Source: an uncultured Pseudomonadales bacterium (GTDB lineage Bacteria > Patescibacteriota > Microgenomatia > UBA1400 > PJMF01). Taken from it: a stretch of 64,000 nucleotides of DNA. Positions 58,783 to 64,000 of this stretch are shown piece after piece. The stretch is taken from NCBI GenBank assembly GCA_964556485.1, contig CAZKVV010000006.1, positions 8,072-72,071 on the forward strand, written 5' to 3'. Numbering within the stretch: the stretch's first letter is position 1; the number at the start of each line of letters is the position of its first letter. Under the pieces are notes generated by a model. The model was given only the letters and a program-made list of their open reading frames with translations, did no database searches and was not told the origin of the DNA. A program made the position numbers and the translations under genes.

Positions 58783-59157
58783 ATGGTACGTATGTTTATT
58801 ATCAAACCAATTCTACGCACTGGTCTCGTTTTAGGATTACTCACACTTTTGCCTGCTGTTTCATTTAGTAGCTGGCTCTCTCTACTCTTTGCCGCAGTCG
58901 TTTTTGAAATCCTTTTCTCTGTGGTCAGACCTATCTTAAAACTGCTTTTTTTACCGATCAATATCGTTACTCTGGGACTCTTTTCTGCGCTCATTAACAT
59001 TTTTTTGCTCTGGTTGGTAACCTATATCGTACCCGGCTTCGTTATTGGCAACCTCAGTATTTTCGGACTTGAGCTCAATCAATTCTTCACATTAGTTGTC
59101 ATTGGCATGTTCATCAGTCTGTTTCAATCTTTCGTTGGTATCTTCATAAAAAAGTAG
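58783..59157 (+). CDS. YvlD-like 4-TM (phage holin family) membrane protein
   Basis: VRPILKLLFLPINIVTLGLF...INIFLLWL. Confidence 0.88.
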   Translation: MVRMFIIKPILRTGLVLGLLTLLPAVSFSSWLSLLFAAVVFEILFSVVRPILKLLFLPINIVTLGLFSALINIFLLWLVTYIVPGFVIGNLSIFGLELNQFFTLVVIGMFISLFQSFVGIFIKK

Positions 59158-59196
59158 TTTTTTGTACTTAGCGCTAACTACAGGTATAATACAGAC

Positions 59197-60159
59197 ATGT
59201 TTACAAAACTTAGTACTGTAATCCTCACATTTAGTATTCTTACATCAGTCTTTACTACATCAATACTTGCACAGTCAGAACCAACCGTCACCCTTCCAAA
59301 CGCTACTATTGAAATAGTTGAAATAACCGCAATACCTGCAACAGACAGCGCTGACGCCACAGCCGCAGCAACACTCGCCACACCTTCAGCTGAGGTAAAG
59401 AAAGAAATTCAAGAAAAAATTGACCGCGACATTACTGAAACTGTAGGTTTACAAACCAACCGGTTGCTAGCTTACATGAGAGAAAATCCACCTACACCAA
59501 TGAGTTGGAATAATTTTATCCAACATGCAATGCGCACAGCAGTAGAAGCTGGTGTGCAACCAAACGTGCTCATCTTGTTACTGCTGTTTCCATTAGTAGT
59601 AACAATTATTGCCGCTTCAAGACACATTGTTGGGCTGCGCGGATTTGGAATCTACATTCCTGCTGTGCTTTCAATTGGTTTCGCTTCAACTGGGGTGCTC
59701 GAAGGTCTGTTGCTTTTCATAACCATCGCTGTTGCAGCCGTTTTGGCAAAAAAGATGGTTAAAAAAGCAAACTTACCATACTTGCCAAGAACAGCGCTCA
59801 TGCTCTGGGTGGTTTCTTTAGGCATCTTTGCCATCATGCTTGTTGCACCACTTATCAATCTCGTTACTGTCATGAGTATCAGTATCTTTCCGATTCTTAT
59901 CTTAGTGCTTCTAGCTGAGAACTTTTTAGATGCCCAGGCAAGAACAAAACAATCTGAGGCGCTAATGCTCACTACCGAGACTCTGGCTCTTGCGGTCATT
60001 TCGAGTTTCTTTTTAGAGTGGGAGCCCCTACAGCTCTTTGCAATCTCAGAACCAGAGTTACTTATTATTGTAGTCGCGCTTCTTAATATTCTTATTGGTA
60101 AATTTATTGGCCTAAGACTCAGCGAACGACTCCGTTTTAGATCAATCATTGAGGAATAA
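59197..60159 (+). CDS. 7TM_transglut-type membrane protein
   Basis: Signal and linker, then RHIVGLRGFGIYIP...YLPR...SIFPILIL...GLRLSERLRF. Confidence 0.88.
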   Translation: MFTKLSTVILTFSILTSVFTTSILAQSEPTVTLPNATIEIVEITAIPATDSADATAAATLATPSAEVKKEIQEKIDRDITETVGLQTNRLLAYMRENPPTPMSWNNFIQHAMRTAVEAGVQPNVLILLLLFPLVVTIIAASRHIVGLRGFGIYIPAVLSIGFASTGVLEGLLLFITIAVAAVLAKKMVKKANLPYLPRTALMLWVVSLGIFAIMLVAPLINLVTVMSISIFPILILVLLAENFLDAQARTKQSEALMLTTETLALAVISSFFLEWEPLQLFAISEPELLIIVVALLNILIGKFIGLRLSERLRFRSIIEE

Positions 60160-60162
60160 CTC

Positions 60163-61446
60163 ATGGCAATTAAACCGTCGCATATTCTCGGCATGAATGC
60201 TCGGTATAAATATACCAAGCTCAATTCGGCTTTAGCAAAAAGTTATGGCTTCTCTAAACTCAAAACTAAAGAGTTGCTAAGTACCCACAACATTCCAACA
60301 GCTCAAGTCTACCACGTTTTTTCATTACTCCATGACTTAGAAACAGTACAGTGGGAAACCATTCCCATTCCTTTTGTCGTGAAACCAGTGAGTGGCAGTG
60401 CCGGCAAGGGCATTCTAGTCATCACTAAAATGCATATCGAAGAGAGAGCTTGGGAAACGTCTGATGGTGACCACATTACTGAGGACGATCTCACACTGCA
60501 CGTTCGAAACATACTTGATGGAGAGTTTAGTACTTGGGGTTCTTCACACAAAGCAATTGTTGAAGAAATGATTCCACCGCATCCAGCTCTGGCAAAATAC
60601 TCATATAAAGGCACCCCTGACATTCGTGTGGTCGTGTTCAACTCTGTTCCAATTATGGCAATGGCTCGTATTCCGACAAAAGAATCACATGGTCGTGCCA
60701 ATTTAGATCAAGGTGCGTTTGCACTTGGCATCGACCTTGCTACAGGCATCACAACGTATGGATTAATGGGAAAGGGCAAGCATATTACCCATGTTCCTGG
60801 CAGCACCAAAAAAGTAAATGGCATTATGATTCCACACTGGAACAAAATCCTCAAGATCGCAGTCGATGCAGCAAATGTTGCAGGATACGTCTACATGGGA
60901 GCTGACATTTTTATTCATCCAGATAAGGGACCAATGATTGTGGAACTCAATGGATTTCCAGGACTTTCAATTCAATTGGCAAATCATGCAGGTCTGAAAC
61001 GAAGATTGGAACGCCTTGAAGGATTGGACGTTCGCGACGCTGCCCATGGCGTTAAAATTGCACAAGCACTGTTTGCCGAGAACTTCTCTGACAAACTAAA
61101 AGCTGAAGGAGGAGTGCAGATAATCTCTACCACCCCAACTGTCACTGTTCATGGAGAAAAAAATCAAAGACAAACAGTGGATGCACTGGTTAATACAGGC
61201 AGAACGCGATCAGCAATGAGTAAAGCATTAGCAGAAGAACTTGGCTTACTCGATCTGGATGACCTACTTTGGCAACAAAAAGAATCCTTAGAAGGAAAAG
61301 TTCCTGTGGTTGAAGTATCAATAACAATCAAAGGACAAAAGTTTAAAACCGCTATGGTTGTAAGTAAACGCCTTGATTCAGTTAAACATAAGATTGAGTT
61401 AGGTCGAAAAGACACCCAAGGCTTCTTGATTGGGGATGTTGAGTAA
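60163..61446 (+). CDS. RimK-related ATP-grasp peptide ligase with C-terminal retropepsin-like domain
   Basis: ILGMNAR, VKPVSGSAGKGI, PDIRVVV, GRANLDQG, VELNGFPGLSIQLAN. Tail DALVNTGRTRS...ELGRK. Confidence 0.88.
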   Translation: MAIKPSHILGMNARYKYTKLNSALAKSYGFSKLKTKELLSTHNIPTAQVYHVFSLLHDLETVQWETIPIPFVVKPVSGSAGKGILVITKMHIEERAWETSDGDHITEDDLTLHVRNILDGEFSTWGSSHKAIVEEMIPPHPALAKYSYKGTPDIRVVVFNSVPIMAMARIPTKESHGRANLDQGAFALGIDLATGITTYGLMGKGKHITHVPGSTKKVNGIMIPHWNKILKIAVDAANVAGYVYMGADIFIHPDKGPMIVELNGFPGLSIQLANHAGLKRRLERLEGLDVRDAAHGVKIAQALFAENFSDKLKAEGGVQIISTTPTVTVHGEKNQRQTVDALVNTGRTRSAMSKALAEELGLLDLDDLLWQQKESLEGKVPVVEVSITIKGQKFKTAMVVSKRLDSVKHKIELGRKDTQGFLIGDVE

Positions 61447-62411
61447 TGAGTTTTCTGCAATCACTAACACCCATTAACTTACTGTCAGAAAAAGAACACT
61501 TTTTTGCTGATCAAACCTACGATCCTCATTTTTTATATAATGAAGAGTTTCTCCCCAAGAAACTGCTCGAACATGGCCTACCAAAACCAAACTACTTAGA
61601 ACTTGCTCACGAAATCATCAAAAAAACATATTTCGGCCGAAATGAAGAAGACCTCTACCACAACGAAGGCAGAAACTTGACTAAAGAAGAGGTCGATCAA
61701 AAAGTCAAAGCATTTTTGGCGCTGCATGGTATTGAAGATCGATACCAAGTTGTCTGGTCATCCTCATACATGTCACGAACCACTATCACTAGTGACACCA
61801 TTAAACTTCGCTTGCCGGTTGAGTTCAGAATAGAAGGATTGCTTGGCATGCTCTATCACGAAGTGGGAACACACGCGCTCAGACGAATTAACTACGAACA
61901 ACAACCGTGGTTTAAAAAGAAAAAAAGATATGGCTTTACTGACTACCTCAAAACCGAAGAGGGTATTGCTACCTTGCATGCACTGGTTCCTCATAGCTTA
62001 AAATCTGCCTATGTATCAGCACTCAGATATGTAGCGGTCGATATTGCTCAAAAAAGCAGCTTTGCGGAAACTTGGGCAGCACTTACGCCTTTCATTCAAG
62101 ATACTGAGCGTCGCTGGGCGGTTGTATTACGCCAGAAAAGAGGTATCAGTGACACCTCTCAGCCAGGAGGATATACAAAAGATTTGGTGTACTTTGAGGG
62201 TATGGTTGACGTCTGGAAATGGTTGCATCAGAGACAATATTCGCTCCATGATATTTACTATGGAAAAATTGCACTGCAAGATGTCACTCAAGCAGTTGCA
62301 CTCAATCCCAATTTCGAACCACTGCTTCCTTCTTTTTACACCCATGACTACGACAACTACGCAAAAAAAATGGAAGAAATCGGCACCTTTAACCTACTAG
62401 ACCAAGTTTAA
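61446..62411 (+). CDS. DUF1704/MATCAP-like HExxxH metallocarboxypeptidase
   Basis: YHEVGTHALR, TEEGIA, RQKRG, YTKDLVYFEG, YYGKI. Confidence 0.88.
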   Translation: MSFLQSLTPINLLSEKEHFFADQTYDPHFLYNEEFLPKKLLEHGLPKPNYLELAHEIIKKTYFGRNEEDLYHNEGRNLTKEEVDQKVKAFLALHGIEDRYQVVWSSSYMSRTTITSDTIKLRLPVEFRIEGLLGMLYHEVGTHALRRINYEQQPWFKKKKRYGFTDYLKTEEGIATLHALVPHSLKSAYVSALRYVAVDIAQKSSFAETWAALTPFIQDTERRWAVVLRQKRGISDTSQPGGYTKDLVYFEGMVDVWKWLHQRQYSLHDIYYGKIALQDVTQAVALNPNFEPLLPSFYTHDYDNYAKKMEEIGTFNLLDQV

Positions 62412-62413
62412 TC

Positions 62414-63187
62414 ATGATTATTCCGGTGTATAAACCACTCGGCGCATCAAGCCATGCTTTGGCAAAAAAAGTGGGTGAAATTGTTGGTGAAAAAGCCACG
62501 CACACAGGTACACTCGACCCCATGGCAGATGGCGTCCTAGTTGTACTTACTGGCGAAGATCGGTTCCAAAAGGGAGTACTAAATGAACAAAAAATGTATT
62601 CTTTTTCATTTGCAGTTGGTCTTACTACCGACTCACTTGATGTACTTGGAGAAATCACTTCTGTAGCTGACGCTGAATATACCCAAGATGGCATTACCAA
62701 TCAGATCACTGAAATACTGCCTACATTTGTAGGTTCGCAACACCAAACACAACCATTATTTTCTGCACAAAGAGTTCAGGGCAGTTCTGCATTTGAACTA
62801 GCAAAAGCAAACCAAGATTTTTCACCTCGAATTAATGAAATTTACATATCTTCACTAGATTTTATTAAAATCACTACACTTGCTGTTACTGATTTTTTTG
62901 CTCAAGCTGCAAGAGGTAGGGCGGTGGTAACTGGCAACTTTCGACAAGAAGAAATCGAGGCAGATTGGGCAAAACACACAGCTACATTTTTACAAAACGG
63001 CGTTACACAACTAGTTATATGCACCTGCAGCACCACGGTGAGTAAAAAAACCTACATTCGCTCACTGGTAAGAGATATTGGTGTTGCACTATCTGCTCCC
63101 ACTGTTACGACTGCAATAACCAGAACCAAAAATGGTGAGTTTTCACTTACCCAAGCAAAGTGTTGGTATAATACTCATCTTGCATGA
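62414..63187 (+). CDS. truB: tRNA pseudouridine(55) synthase
   Basis: YKPLG, HTGTLDPMADGVL, TYIRSL. Confidence 0.88.
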   Translation: MIIPVYKPLGASSHALAKKVGEIVGEKATHTGTLDPMADGVLVVLTGEDRFQKGVLNEQKMYSFSFAVGLTTDSLDVLGEITSVADAEYTQDGITNQITEILPTFVGSQHQTQPLFSAQRVQGSSAFELAKANQDFSPRINEIYISSLDFIKITTLAVTDFFAQAARGRAVVTGNFRQEEIEADWAKHTATFLQNGVTQLVICTCSTTVSKKTYIRSLVRDIGVALSAPTVTTAITRTKNGEFSLTQAKCWYNTHLA

Positions 63188-64000
63188 AAACCAACACCGA
63201 TCCATCTAACACACCACAAAAGAAAGCTAAGGTTGCTCTTGGAATGTCTGGTGGGGTCGATTCATCACTTTCTGCACACTTACTCATCGAACAAGGCTAC
63301 GAAGTAACCGGAGTGTTTCTAGAGTGCTGGAGAGCGCCTGGGTGTAGGTCGGAAGAAGACAGAAAAGACGCTTTAGCAGTTGCTCTTGAGTTGGGCATTC
63401 CCTTTACCGTTTTAGATTTTAAAGATGCGTATAAACAAAAAGTGGTCGAGTCATTCTATGCAGAATATGCTGCTGGAAGTACCCCAAATCCAGATGTACT
63501 CTGTAACAAAGAAATTAAGTTTGGCCTTTTTTATGACTGGGCACTCACAGAAGGATTTGATTTTGTAGCAACAGGCCACTATGCCAAAATTACTGGCCAA
63601 GATGCCACCACAAAACTGGTGATACCAGCCGACACTCACAAGGACCAAACCTATTTCTTGTATTTGCTTAAACAAACTCACCTTCAACACACACTATTTC
63701 CTTTAGGTGATCTTACAAAAACAGCAGTGAGAGCCGAGGCAAAAAATCGACAGATCACAGTCGCTGATAAAAAAGACTCTGTTGGCATCTGTTTTATTGG
63801 AGATATCAACGTTCACAACTTCCTTAAAGAACGTCTAGGAGAAAACCCTGGAGAAGTTGTTGATACCAAAGGTAACGTCATTGGCAATCACAAAGGACTG
63901 TGGTTCTATACCATCGGCCAAAGAACCGGCTTTCATGTCGATCACAAATCGGTACTTCATCAGCAAGATGGTTCAAAAATCACTAAAGAAAATATTCCTC
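63184..64000 (+). CDS. mnmA: tRNA 2-thiouridylase (runs off window end)
   Basis: MSGGVDSS, TPNPDVLCNKEIKF, ATGHYA, KDQTYFL, KKDSVGICF. Confidence 0.95.
   Translation, partial: MKTNTDPSNTPQKKAKVALGMSGGVDSSLSAHLLIEQGYEVTGVFLECWRAPGCRSEEDRKDALAVALELGIPFTVLDFKDAYKQKVVESFYAEYAAGSTPNPDVLCNKEIKFGLFYDWALTEGFDFVATGHYAKITGQDATTKLVIPADTHKDQTYFLYLLKQTHLQHTLFPLGDLTKTAVRAEAKNRQITVADKKDSVGICFIGDINVHNFLKERLGENPGEVVDTKGNVIGNHKGLWFYTIGQRTGFHVDHKSVLHQQDGSKITKENIP

Noticed and set aside
58783-59157. Holin as evidence of a prophage
   Set aside because: YvlD-like membrane proteins are ordinary chromosomal genes, and no phage genes are nearby.
36700-63700. Numerous 60-190 aa ORFs nested in or antisense to core genes
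   Set aside because: They overlap well-supported genes and have no motifs or start signals of their own.

Overview
Bacterial chromosome window that reads like a Patescibacteria (CPR, Microgenomates-type) genome. The taxonomy is inferred from gene content and from the many apparently leaderless genes; translation code 11 fits. 1-14.5 kb is an AT-rich accessory stretch with GNATs, a frameshifted GT4, a divergent amidoligase-like protein, an LCP protein, small SD-led peptides, a decayed serine recombinase at tRNA-Lys and a Fic protein. 14.5-36 kb is a dispersed tRNA cluster (Arg, Leu, Leu, Val, Phe, Gly, Leu) broken by islands. One is an RloA/RloB-type operon downstream of tRNA-Val. The other is a ~10.7 kb element (21003-31710) bounded by a 17-bp direct repeat overlapping the 5' end of tRNA-Phe. 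That element has two paralogous, apparently intact tyrosine recombinases, one near each end. Its cargo includes a Schlafen/AlbA_2 protein, a kinase-TPR protein and a ~530-nt promoter-led, densely base-paired region that looks like an unannotated large ncRNA, the most novel-looking signal here. 36-64 kb is core genome: holA, a sugar-phosphate/lower-glycolysis cluster with a degenerate PEP-synthase-like protein and an enolase lacking its general-acid Glu, lexA, PduO, a CofE-like ligase, uvrB/A/C, a transglutaminase overlapping uvrC, a 7TM + ATP-grasp + HExxxH carboxypeptidase operon, truB and mnmA (truncated). No CRISPR array, rRNA or reverse transcriptase was seen. All family assignments are by eye from motifs; no searches were run.
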